Shown piece by piece: positions 1-9,717 of a stretch of 19,276 nt of DNA. Source of the stretch: Octopus sinensis. Its lineage: Eukaryota. The translations under genes were made by a program, and so were the position numbers. How positions within the stretch are numbered: position 1 is the stretch's first letter; every line of letters begins with the position of its first letter. The notes beneath the pieces are model-generated. The model saw only the letters and a list, made by a program, of their open reading frames with translations. It was not told the origin of the DNA and searched no databases. Where the stretch lies: positions 1-19,276 of the forward strand of contig NW_021824216.1 of NCBI RefSeq assembly GCF_006345805.1. The letters run 5' to 3'.

Positions 1-75
1 TATATATATGTTGTGTGTGTGTGGTGTGTGTGTGTGTGTGTGTGTGTGTTGTGTGTGTGTTGTGTGTGTGTGTGT

Positions 76-280
76 TCTTTTATTTGTTTCAGTTATGTGA
101 CTGCGGCCACCTTCGAGCACCGCCTTTAGTCGAACAAATCGACTACATGACTTATTCTTCATAAACCTAGTACTAATTCTATCGTTCTCTTTTGCCGAAC
201 AGCGAAGTTATAGGCACGGAAACATCTCAGCACCGTTTGTCAAGCGATAGTGAGGGGACAAACACAGACACACAAAAACA

Positions 281-330
<50 letters not shown>

Positions 331-402
331 ACAGATATGGGACTGAACCGAAACCATGCGGTTGGTAGGCAAGCTACTTACCACAGAGCCCCTCCTGCGC
401 CT
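76..402 (-). mobile_element. tRNA-derived SINE, type B, internally deleted copy
   Basis: Minus-strand head AGGCGCAGGAGGGGCTCTGTGG...GGTTCAGTCCC (A/B-box-like, 338-402) and tail 76-280 both align to the full copy at 18384-18786. The ~110-bp post-head domain is missing and a (TG)n tract follows the head almost directly. Confidence 0.85.
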
Positions 403-1209
403 AGTCCGCAGCATATATTTCTTACAGATGGACGTGCAGTAGGGTGCTATTATAATAATTAATTTCTTTATGGTTCGTTGATGAGGTCATGATTAGAACT
501 TTGAGTTAGTATATACATACATACATACATACATCATACATACATACATACATACATACATACAACGAATATGTTAGAAATTCACCGAGATTTCTAATGA
601 AATAAAATGTCAAACATTGGCACGAATTGACAGGTGTGTCTTTGCTCTGGGCATTTATACCTAGAATTATCGTTATTAACATACTGTAAAAGAACGGAAA
701 CAGCTTTGACACTGTTAAAAATTAATTCCCCTTGTACGGTCTAGTGGTAATATACGGTGGCTACTGATATCAATTATTGTACTGATATCAATTATACTAC
801 CCTTGCAAAAACCAATGGAAGATATGATCACGCGATAATGCGATCAAATGCTAGGAGAATTAGTAGGCAGCAGAAATTAATCTTCTTGTTCCATATGATA
901 CACTTGCGCACTAATATATACACTCAGAGTTACACGGCTAAAACATTTCGATATACTTGCACAGCCAGGTAGATGTATTTGTATAAATATACAGCCATAA
1001 AGGTAAATACGCATATACTTATATACATTTCCATTCTTATATATATTTACACGCATACATCATTAAATAGTTGTCCTATACATTACAATATGCCTTTGTG
1101 ATATACAATAACAGCACTGGTTAACATACAGTGTGTGCATATGTATGTGTAGATGTGTCTAGTGTATATGTGTATATATATATATATTATATATATATAT
1201 ATAATATAT

Positions 1210-1246
<37 letters not shown>

Positions 1247-1968
1247 TGGTGTGTGTGTGTTGTGTGTGTGTGTACATATATGTACATAATATATGTATGT
1301 ATGGATGGATACATGTGTCTGAGAGCGTATTCCGTGTTTGCGTACGTGTACTCATATATTTAAGTGCTTTTGTGCCGATATGTGTATATGTACGTGTAAT
1401 TTTCTGTACTAATTAACCCGTTGATAAATATTTAAATATGCAAATATGGCGAAGTAGTCTTTTGACAGAGTTGTTAAGGCGTCAGAATGACTTGTGGCTT
1501 TTGTTTCTTCTCACCAGGTTCAATTCCATTCGTGGTCGATAAATAATAAACAATCTTTCCTCGTGTTGTACTCTGCCAGAACTGGTTACAACCAACAGAA
1601 TGGGTTTTGCACAAAAGTGACAGTGGAAGGCAATGAGAAAACATCTTTGAATTCTCCCACGAAAATTTCTTGTCAATGAAGACACCAGTCATCTGTTGCC
1701 AGTAAAATAGTGTTTGCTCTATGTGAATGCGGGCATGCGTATAACTCCGTATTTATATATACATGTATGTTTGTATGTATTTGTTTATGTAAGTATTTAT
1801 GTGTGTATATATGTACGTGTTTTATGTGCATATGTTTGTATATGATTATTCAATTTTATCTCAAGATTTCATGCGAATAGAAAAAGAACCGGTTTCAAAC
1901 CTAGATCCATGGCTCTTTCTTTTGAATTTCAGCAACACCAGCGGGGTATGAATGTAGGTGTGTATGTA

Positions 1969-2490
1969 CCCTAAATCCTCGAATATAATCCGCATTTTTT
2001 CCCAAAATTTAAAGGTCAAAATCCCTAGTGCGAGCTATATACGAGGTTAAAAATGAAAAATATTTTCTAAGCAATGTCCGAGTCGATATTTGCTGCCCGG
2101 CAATGTTTATTCAGACGCATTTTGTGACGTCAGGCGCGAAAATACATTGAGCAAAGCCTGAAAGCAATGAAGTCCTAAAAGAATCATCCATTTACTTGCA
2201 GTAAACAACTTTTATTATAATAAAAGTATTCAGAACACAGAATAACATATACCAAAAACAATTTGAAAACATATTTACATTCCCATATAACAGTTAAGAA
2301 CATTACCATTATTGTATTACGCATGCGCGGAAGTGTTTGTTCGACTAGGTGCTGCTGGCTTAATTACGCACGACTCAAGTTAGAGAAGGGGTGCTTATTA
2401 TACACAAGGTTTAGATTTTTCAGAGGTACAGCCCCCTAAAAATTTCCTGCGTATTATACTCAAGGGCGGACTATACTCGAGGATCTACGG
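1969..2490. mobile_element. Non-autonomous Tc1/mariner-superfamily MITE (Tc2/pogo-like termini), 522 bp
   Basis: Left end CCCTAAATCCTCGAATATAATCCGC (1969-1993) versus reverse complement of right end CCGTAGATCCTCGAGTATAGTCCGC (2466-2490): 21/25 match. TA on both sides (1967-68, 2491-92). Subterminal TATAC(T/A)C repeats near the right end. No ORF. The Tc2 assignment is from recall of CCGTA-type termini. Confidence 0.85.
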
Positions 2491-2667
2491 TATATGTGCA
2501 GATTCGTAAAATTTTTCTGTATGTATTATCATGTATATCTAGAAATGCTCATATATACTTAAGTGATAAACATCTGGAAAGTTATTTTACAGATTTTTAC
2601 AGTTCCAGTGATGTATGCATGCATCTAAATAAGGATGGGTGGATGTACGTGTTTATGTGTGTATAAG

Positions 2668-2869
2668 TGAAGGCTCGTGGCCTAGTCGTTATGACATGGC
2701 ACTCGCGATCTAGAGATTATAGGTACGATTGCCCTGCAGGGTGGTGCATTGATTTCTTGAGCAAAACCCTTCATCTCACAATGTCATGCGTTGACTTCGA
2801 CATCTGACGTGCAGCATACCGTGCACCTGTTCAAGCAATGTCGATTTGATGGACAGAGTGAGCTAATGA
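2668..2869 (+). mobile_element. tRNA-derived SINE, type C head with tail variant 1 (diverged)
   Basis: AGGCTCGTGGCCTAGTCGTT A-box region, degenerate B box, then TTCTTGAGCAAAACCCTTCATCTCAC. The head is homologous to the minus copy at 3057-3289, but the tail differs. Confidence 0.75.
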
Positions 2870-3056
2870 GTATCACCAAAAATTTCACCAACATAAAAAT
2901 ACTCACGTTTGCAGCTCGTTCATCAATAAACGTCATTACCCCTTTCCAATTTTCACTACCATTTTGTGTTTGGGGATGCTTGTGTACTTGTGTGTGCGTG
3001 CAAGTGTACGTTTATGCGCGCGCGCGTGTGTGTGTCTGCGTGTGTATGTGTGTGTA

Positions 3057-3289
3057 AAGCGTAGCCAGGCTCATGGGCCCGGTTTCTCGGTTTCTATGGC
3101 ATGTGTGTTCCCCAGCTGGACGGGCGCCAGTCCATCGCAGCGTTACTCATTTTTGTCAGCTGAGTGGACTGAAGCAACGTGAAATGAAGTGTCTTGCTCA
3201 AGAACACAACGCGTCGCCAGGCCCAGGAATCGAAACCACAATCTTACGATCATGATGCTGACACCCTAACCACTAAGCCACGAGCCTCC
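3057..3289 (-). mobile_element. tRNA-derived SINE, type C head with tail variant 2
   Basis: Minus strand: GGCTCGTGGCTTAGTGGTTAGGG (A box) ... GGTTTCGATTCC (B box) ... GCGATGGACTGGCGCCCGTCCAG...AGAAACCG. By recall this domain resembles V/Meta-SINE-type cores (unverified). Flanked by TGTGTGTGTA at 3047-3056 and 3290-3299, a possible TSD within a microsatellite. Confidence 0.88.
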
Positions 3290-3420
3290 TGTGTGTGTAG
3301 CTAATCTCATTTCAATTTATGTCAATCACCTTTGTCATAAATATAGTTCTACAGCATTTTTGTAAACTGTATTATAATACAGACGCCTGAGAGTCCTGTG
3401 TTCTGGAGTTAAGAAACAAT

Positions 3421-3463
3421 AGGTCCTGATGACGCCTGCTGAGGCCGAAACACTAGTCCACAG
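3421..3463 (+). ncRNA. Degenerate minimal type I hammerhead-ribozyme-like motif (probable Penelope-like terminal relic)
   Basis: CTGATGA (3426-32), cGCC-TGCTGA-GGCc, GAAA (3447-50), C-ACTA-G-TC with palindromic ACTAGT. Pair 10.1-11.1 is C.C and helix I is mostly unpaired, so it is probably inactive. Confidence 0.5.
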
Positions 3464-3732
3464 CAGTGCTATTCAGGTACTCAGACAGGTCTGTGCTTAA
3501 TGGCTTGCCAGTTTTAGAAAATCTTTGTTCTTCGTATTCATAGTCCCATTTTCTATTAAAGTTTACTTCTAATATGTCACGTGGAATAAATTCATTAAAT
3601 TAATTAAATTGCCACACTTCACAGAGGGGTAATTAATATATCCTTATTCGTCTTTATCATTCAAAAACAATGACATTGTCTCCTGTGTTTCTCATTGCTC
3701 TTTTGTATGTTATATAATATGTGTGTGTGTGT

Positions 3733-3839
3733 GTGGCTGTATGGTTATGAAGATCGCTTCGCAACCACGCGAACTCAGGTTCAGACCCACTCTGTAGGTC
3801 TGGCAATACCGCGTGAATAAAACAGTGCACAAGTCCGTC

Positions 3840-3882
<43 letters not shown>

Positions 3883-3959
3883 TGTGTGTGTATACCTAAA
3901 TATATATATATATACATATATATATACATATATATATCTATATATATATATATATATAG

Positions 3960-4034
<75 letters not shown>

Positions 4035-4334
4035 CATATATATAATTACATAGATACATATATAGATAGACATACACACACATACACATATATGTGTATA
4101 TATATATATGTGGTGTGTGTCTTACTTAGGTGTGTGTTTCTATTTGTTAAGCGCCGATTGACAACCAGTGTTGGTTTGTTTACTTTCTCGTTATATAGCA
4201 GGTCTCCAAAAGAGAAAGGTACACTAAGTACCACACTTATAAATTCTCAAAGCCTGGGCCGAATTTATTTCGACTAAACACTTCAAATTCATGCCCCAGC
4301 ACGGTCGCAGTACAATGAGTAAAACAAGTAAAAG
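3733..4334 (+). mobile_element. tRNA-derived SINE, type B, diverged, with ~270-bp internal (TA)n expansion
   Basis: TGGCTGTATGG (A box), GGTTCAGACCC (B box), domain ending CCGTCGTATA, microsatellite 3841-4110, then tail TTGACAACCAGTGTTGG...CCCCAGCACGGTCGCAG...AAACAAGTAAAAG matching the type B tail. Confidence 0.8.
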
Positions 4335-4779
4335 CTTTTGTGTGTGTGTATGTATGAGTGAGTGCGTGTATGTGAATGTGCGTATGTGTGGGTGCGTGAG
4401 TGTTTGAGAGGGTGTGTGCATCTGCGTGTGTGAGAAGTCTAAACGGTTAACATGAGTCCCTTTACGCCCATCAACAAGATAGGAAGAAAGAAATGCGTGG
4501 GTTTCGTCGTTATAATCGATAGGACCCTTGATATCAGTGTCCTAGTACGACTGGCAATCAACAGACTGAAACCCGTAACAAAATATAGCTGTATAAACAC
4601 TTACGTTGTGTGTGTGTGCGCGAGTTTGTGTGCGTGTGTGTGCGTGTGTGTGTTGTGTGTGTGTTTGCCTCTGTTGGAGAGAGTGCCCGTGTCTGTAAAT
4701 ATAATATCTTCTGTAAGAGTGTTTCAGCCAACCTATTTGCATACATTAACTTGTTTGAAAATGAGTGCGTGTGGGTACA

Positions 4780-5064
4780 TACAAACACACACAAACACAC
4801 ACACACACACACACACATATATGTATATATATATTTGCATATATACATAAATACATATATATGTACACACATACATATCTGTATACACAAATTCACACAC
4901 ATATGCCAAAAGCGCAAACTCAATTATATCCGTATATGCGTCAGTGCACTTTCTGTTGTATAAATGTATATATATATATGTGTGTGTGTGTGAGTGTGTG
5001 AGTGAGTGTGTGTGTATACATACATACATATACATACATACATATATAATATATATATATATAT

Positions 5065-5096
<32 letters not shown>

Positions 5097-5340
5097 TACC
5101 TGTATATCTATACACACACACACACATATATATGTGTGTGAGAGATTGAGTGTATGTGCATACATACACATACACACAATATGGATCCCTTCCACCTTTC
5201 ACGTTCTTTCTCTCTTTCATTTCTCTCACCACACACACACACACACACCACGCACTTACACACACATACACATACACTTACACACACCTAATGCTATGCT
5301 AATGTGCGCCTTCTTGTACACTTATTGTGTTTGCGTTTGT
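4780..5340. repeat. Compound (CA)/(TA)/(TG) microsatellite block
   Basis: Directly visible dinucleotide runs; source of several spurious ORFs. Confidence 0.95.
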
Positions 5341-5987
5341 ATGAGTGATTGTGCGTGTGTTGTGTGACAGCTTTATGAATGGGGTACGTATTCTAATCAC
5401 GCACCCGTTCACCCTCTTGAAAAATACAACTTTCTCAATGATACTTATAAGTCACCTGGCTTAGAAAAGCTCTCAAGCGTTCCATTAATCTGACTTGCCG
5501 AACCACCCTGAGTGTCGCCTGGCTAAACCACAAACGATGTTGTAGTTTAGATGTAATCCTCCACCAGCTGTCATAAAAACAAGTTGGAAAATATACTCAT
5601 ACACACACACACGAATCTACATAAACGCACTTAAGCACACATAAACACTTAAACGCACACACACACACACACACATACAAACACTCGCATACTCTATTGC
5701 GCATATGAATGCACATACACACACACACGAGCGCTTAAGCGATCCCTCAGAAACAGTCACATATATTCTCGGCCACACACACACACACACATACATACAC
5801 GCACCCACAGCCACATTTACACGCTCGACTATATCAAACAGACGCATACACACACAGACACACACACAAACATACTTGTACACGCACGCACAGACGCACA
5901 CACAAGTATATTTATATGTAAATCCACTCTCATTTACACGAGCGTGCGAGCACATTGCGGACATATCCTCCATCTTTCTCCCTCTAT

Positions 5988-6069
<82 letters not shown>

Positions 6070-6080
6070 GTCTGTCTGTT
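5988..6080. repeat. (TATC)n/(TGTC)n tetranucleotide microsatellite
   Basis: Directly visible tandem TATC run followed by TGTC units. Confidence 0.97.
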
Positions 6081-6228
6081 TGTCTGTTCAGTCTGTGTAT
6101 ATATGTGTGTATGTGTCATATATGATGTATAATATATAAATACGCAAATGTATGAATATAATGATAATATATATATATATATATATATACAGAGAGGGAG
6201 AGAGGAAGAGAGAGATGTATGTACTTTC

Positions 6229-6563
6229 CCCTTGTTTACATTTAACACGGATAACATAAATAAATAGTTACCAGGGTAGCAAAAAAATCACACAAGTTAA
6301 AAGAGTGTAACTCCTTGTTTTTAAAGTTAGAAACTCCGGGTTTACGCGAATTATTCTGCATAATATATATAAATAAATAAATGGAGTTAAAAGCAGGTGT
6401 TATCCAAATTCTTTTACTTCCGACACATGTTTCGAAGATATCATTGGATTTATTCCAAAGGAATATAATGGTGTGGTGTAAAAGAATGTAGTCTTCTCTT
6501 CAGGGAAATGAAGATATAAAACTCATCAATAAGGCATTTTAACAGAATATGATGGAATTGTAA
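6229..6563 (-). mobile_element. ~330-bp interspersed repeat, copy 1, probable Penelope-like pseudo-LTR carrying a hammerhead
   Basis: Collinear similarity to 9718-10034 (e.g. TAAATAAATAGTTACCAGGG-AGCAAAAA, TGTAACTCCTTGTTT, ATGGAGTTAA-GCAGGTGT, ACATGTTTCGAA). Contains a hammerhead on the minus strand and abuts a (TA)/(GA) microsatellite. The PLE link rests on established knowledge that PLE termini carry hammerheads. Confidence 0.75.
6416..6509 (-). ncRNA. Type I hammerhead ribozyme, intact catalytic core, long helix II insertion
   Basis: Minus strand: AUUUCC-CUGAAGA-GAAGA[~55 nt]UCUUC-GAAA-C(AUGU)G-UC/GGAAGU. Helix I 6 bp, helix II 5 bp with G10.1-C11.1, GUC cleavage triplet. Predicted cut between 6422 and 6421. 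Confidence 0.8.
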
Positions 6564-6587
6564 AATGATGAACTGAACGCTATTAAG

Positions 6588-6832
6588 TTGTTTTCTTAAA
6601 AAAAAACTTTAGAGGATATAACGTCAAATGTAGTGTATAGAAATTTTGAGGGAGAATTCAAAGATGTTTTCTCATTGCCTTCCTCAGAGACTTTTTTACA
6701 GAGCTTAGATAAGCTGAAGGACCACTGCAATGAGTATAGACACCCGAGAGGGGAATATTTGGAATAAAATCATAATTAACTGATTCTCCTGTAATTTTCA
6801 TCAAAGCTAAGCACTTCATACCATCACCCGTG
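6588..6832 (+). pseudogene. Mariner-type transposase C-terminal remnant plus probable 3' end of the element
   Basis: The frame from 6588 reads LFS*KKTLED...FKDVFSLPSSETFLQSLDKLKDHCNEYRHPRGEYLE* (stop 6765-67). This resembles the mariner C-terminus (LFPxLK...GxY(V/F)E*) by recall. A degenerate TIR-like end follows near 6810-6832. Confidence 0.55.
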
Positions 6833-6881
6833 CACGCACGCTTGCACACAGACACACACGCATATATGTGTGTGTGTTTGC

Positions 6882-6913
<32 letters not shown>

Positions 6914-6968
6914 AAGTATTCCCAAACACACTCTCACACACACACACATAAAGATAGATGAACAGGTA

Positions 6969-7289
6969 GGTACTTAATTTATCGAAACCGAAAGGATGAA
7001 AAGCAAGGTCGACCGCGGCGGAATTTGAACTCAGAACGTAGCGACGGGCAAAATACCTATTTCTTTATTACCCACAAGGGGCTACACACAGACAGGACAA
7101 ACAAGGACAGACAAACGGATTAAGTCGGTTATATCGACCCCAGTGCGTAACTGGTACTTAATTTATCGACCCCGGAAGGATGAAAGGCAAAGTCGACCTC
7201 GGCAGAATTTGAACTCAGAACGTAGCGACGGGCAAAATACCGCTAAGTATTTCGCCGAGCGTGCTAACAATTCTGCCAGCTCGCCGCAT
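6969..7289 (-). mobile_element. SINE type A dimer (head + one 184-bp unit + partial second unit)
   Basis: Head GCGGCGAGCTGGCAGAATTGTTAG...GAGTTCAAATTC. ATACC junctions at 7053 and 7237 (period 184). The second unit is truncated at ~6969. Confidence 0.92.
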
Positions 7290-7873
7290 TAGAAATGATT
7301 TTTAGTGTAGGTTAAATCTGACTGAAGGTCACTTAAGTTCTCCTTAAATATAATCAAACATATTAAACAGAAAAATGTGTCGGTAGGTTATAGAAAAGAC
7401 TCGAGTGACTCCACTCCTTCATTAATTTATCACTGGAATTTAGATGAAGTAGTTTATACACCAGGAAAACAATAGAGAAAAGAAAAACTTGTTTAAAGAA
7501 ATTAGAGGATATTAAGTTTCAAACTGGCTAGGAAGGTATGTCGTTACTAGAATTGTAATAAATTTAGTTTCATGTTAAAAAAAATATGCAATAGATTATT
7601 TATACTCTAATTGATTTATCGATGAAATATATATATATATATTGGAATATCCTATTAAAATAGCGAATAAAACTAAAAAGCTATAATCATAAGGCATCGC
7701 GAACAAAAATATATTAATTATCTTTAATTGTAAAGAGGAAAAAACAATTGAAAGCGCAATATTTACAGGCGCTATTTTGTAGTTAGATTCAAGAGTGAAA
7801 AGTTATAAAGGCACTAGACATATATTAATAGATTAATCTTAGGAAATTCTATTAACTGATGCCTACTTCTGTA

Positions 7874-7911
7874 CATATATATATATATATATAATATATA
7901 TATTATATATA

Positions 7912-8002
<91 letters not shown>

Positions 8003-8300
8003 TAATATATATAAATATATATTATATATATATGTATATATATATGTATATATATATAGCTTTTATACAAGTAAATATATATATATGTGTGTATACAGAT
8101 AAATATGTATATATCTATAAATATAAACATATATAATATATGTATATATATGTATGCATGTATGTGTATATATGTATTTATACAAGCACACAGACACACA
8201 CACATACATATATATACATCTACACATATGTACATACGTGCATACATATGAATATATGTATATGCACACACACATATATATATATACATATGTATATATG

Positions 8301-8356
<56 letters not shown>

Positions 8357-8390
8357 TGTGAGTGTGTGTTTGTGTATGTATGTGTGTGTA
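7874..8390. repeat. Compound (TA)n/(TG)n microsatellite block
   Basis: Directly visible; produces the spurious YI/CV-rich ORFs. Confidence 0.95.
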
Positions 8391-8468
8391 TAACAAGCAA
8401 AATAGCTAGTAATATAATCTGAAGAAGAGACTGAGTAGTGACGTATAGAAAACAGTATGGCGCGATTC

Positions 8469-8663
8469 ATCACACCAAAGTAGAAGTTGAATGTTACAGC
8501 TAGTTTAACCCCGGGGAAAAAATGAGTCAGTCCCGCGATTCTGTTAGCTGCTGGCGAATATATTGCATATAAATCCTGCAGAACATTGCATCGATAAAAA
8601 ACTGGCTAGGAATCTGCCTGCGGTTAAACTAACTGTAATATTCAACTGCCACTTTGATGTCAT
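8469..8663. repeat. Inverted-repeat element (35-bp arms, 111-bp spacer), MITE-like, unclassified
   Basis: 8476-8510 CAAAGTAGAAGTTGAATGTTACAGCTAGTTTAACC versus reverse complement of 8622-8656 CAAAGTGGCAGTTGAATATTACAGTTAGTTTAACC: 31/35 match, weakly extendable outward by ~7 bp. No TSD found. Confidence 0.8.
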
Positions 8664-8668
8664 CTGTA

Positions 8669-8714
8669 ATATATATATATATATATATACACATACATAT
8701 ATATATATATACAT

Positions 8715-8757
<43 letters not shown>

Positions 8758-8783
8758 ATATATATATATTATATATATACACG

Positions 8784-8830
<47 letters not shown>

Positions 8831-8850
8831 TACATATATATATATATAAA
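8669..8850. repeat. (TA)n microsatellite, interrupted
   Basis: Directly visible. Confidence 0.95.
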
Positions 8851-8961
8851 CAGATTAAATAGCTGCAATGACAATCCAATAATTTATTCATATCATATAT
8901 AGTATAATATGCTATGCATATGATATAATATAATATAACATAAGCAATTATTTAAAACACC

Positions 8962-9119
8962 AAAGAGCCAACAACGTATTTCGACTTATATACATTTTTT
9001 GATATATAAAGAATAAATTTCCTTTATATGTAGGTCCCCTTAGGGCAATTGGCATGTAATGGAATTGAATTATTTATGTATAAAAACATGTATATAAGTC
9101 GAAACAAATTGTTGTCTTT
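8962..9119. repeat. ~158-bp imperfect foldback palindrome
   Basis: TTTCGACTTATATACAT (8979-8995) is the exact reverse complement of 9088-9104. Inner arms 9002-9030 and 9053-9081 match 22/29. Outer CAACAA/TTGTTG and AAAGA/TCTTT also pair. The 22-nt centre contains CCC-TTA-GGG. Confidence 0.8.
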
Positions 9120-9166
9120 TTCTTTTCTTTTTTTAATAATTGTTTGTTATAAAATAATAGTGGGAG

Positions 9167-9493
9167 ACCCCCCTTCTGTCTTGAATTACCATGGGATTGA
9201 ACCTAGAAAGTTACCCTCCCAGTTACAAGTCCGGGCAATGTCGTTTATGGAAGGCCAGCAGTCGCCCATGCATACCAGCCTCCCCTCTCCGCACCACCAA
9301 TGTTATCCAATGGAAAGGCAAAGGCCGATAGAGCTTGGCAACTGTGACATTCGCAACTCATTTCCACAGCTGAGTAAACTGGAGAAGCATGAAATAAAGT
9401 GTCTTGCTCAAAAACACAACACACAGCCCGGTCTAGGAATCGAACTCACAACTGTAAGCTCGACGCTCTAACTACTGAGCTATGCACCTTCAC
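9167..9493 (-). mobile_element. tRNA-derived SINE, type D, copy 1
   Basis: Minus head GTGAAGGTGCATAGCTCAGTAGTTAGAGCG...GAGTTCGATTCC. The post-head segment TGAGCAAGACACTTTATTTCA is shared with type C. The tail is homologous to 17361-17695. Confidence 0.88.
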
Positions 9494-9717
9494 TATATTA
9501 TAGTATATTCATTGTATATTATGTTATAGTATAAATAAATTAATGGATTGTCATTTGTATCTCTAATTTATTGTTTGTAATTTGCAGTATGCCCATATTT
9601 ATGTGGTATTCAATCGACTTAGCAGTAAATTACATGTTTTTCACACCCCATGGAAGGAATCTTTTCCTATGCTTGTTACCTTATATATATACATATATAT
9701 ATAGATGAGTATAATTT

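Noticed and set aside
757-972. 71-aa ORF with a TDINY duplication
   Set aside because: The duplication is a 16-bp tandem DNA repeat (762-777, 780-795). There is no homology I recognise and no convincing splice acceptor.
2896-2965. Minus-strand donor AAC|GTGAGT after MTFIDERAAN
   Set aside because: No polypyrimidine acceptor upstream; it sits between a SINE and a microsatellite, and a lone donor motif is expected by chance.
7446-7535. Possible exon ending in a strong AAG|GTATGT donor
   Set aside because: All three frames contain stops from either candidate acceptor, so there is no support as a coding exon.
8419-8455. CTGAAGA...GAAA hammerhead-like spacing
   Set aside because: No helix II or helix I pairing can be drawn.
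8505-8627. piggyBac MITE suggested by TTAA-CC...GG-TTAA
   Set aside because: Similarity inside the TTAA sites is only ~6/9, while the strong inverted match lies outside them, which does not fit a simple piggyBac structure.
9049-9471. 140-aa non-repetitive ORF
   Set aside because: It runs antisense through a type D SINE and half of the palindrome, with no recognisable protein features.
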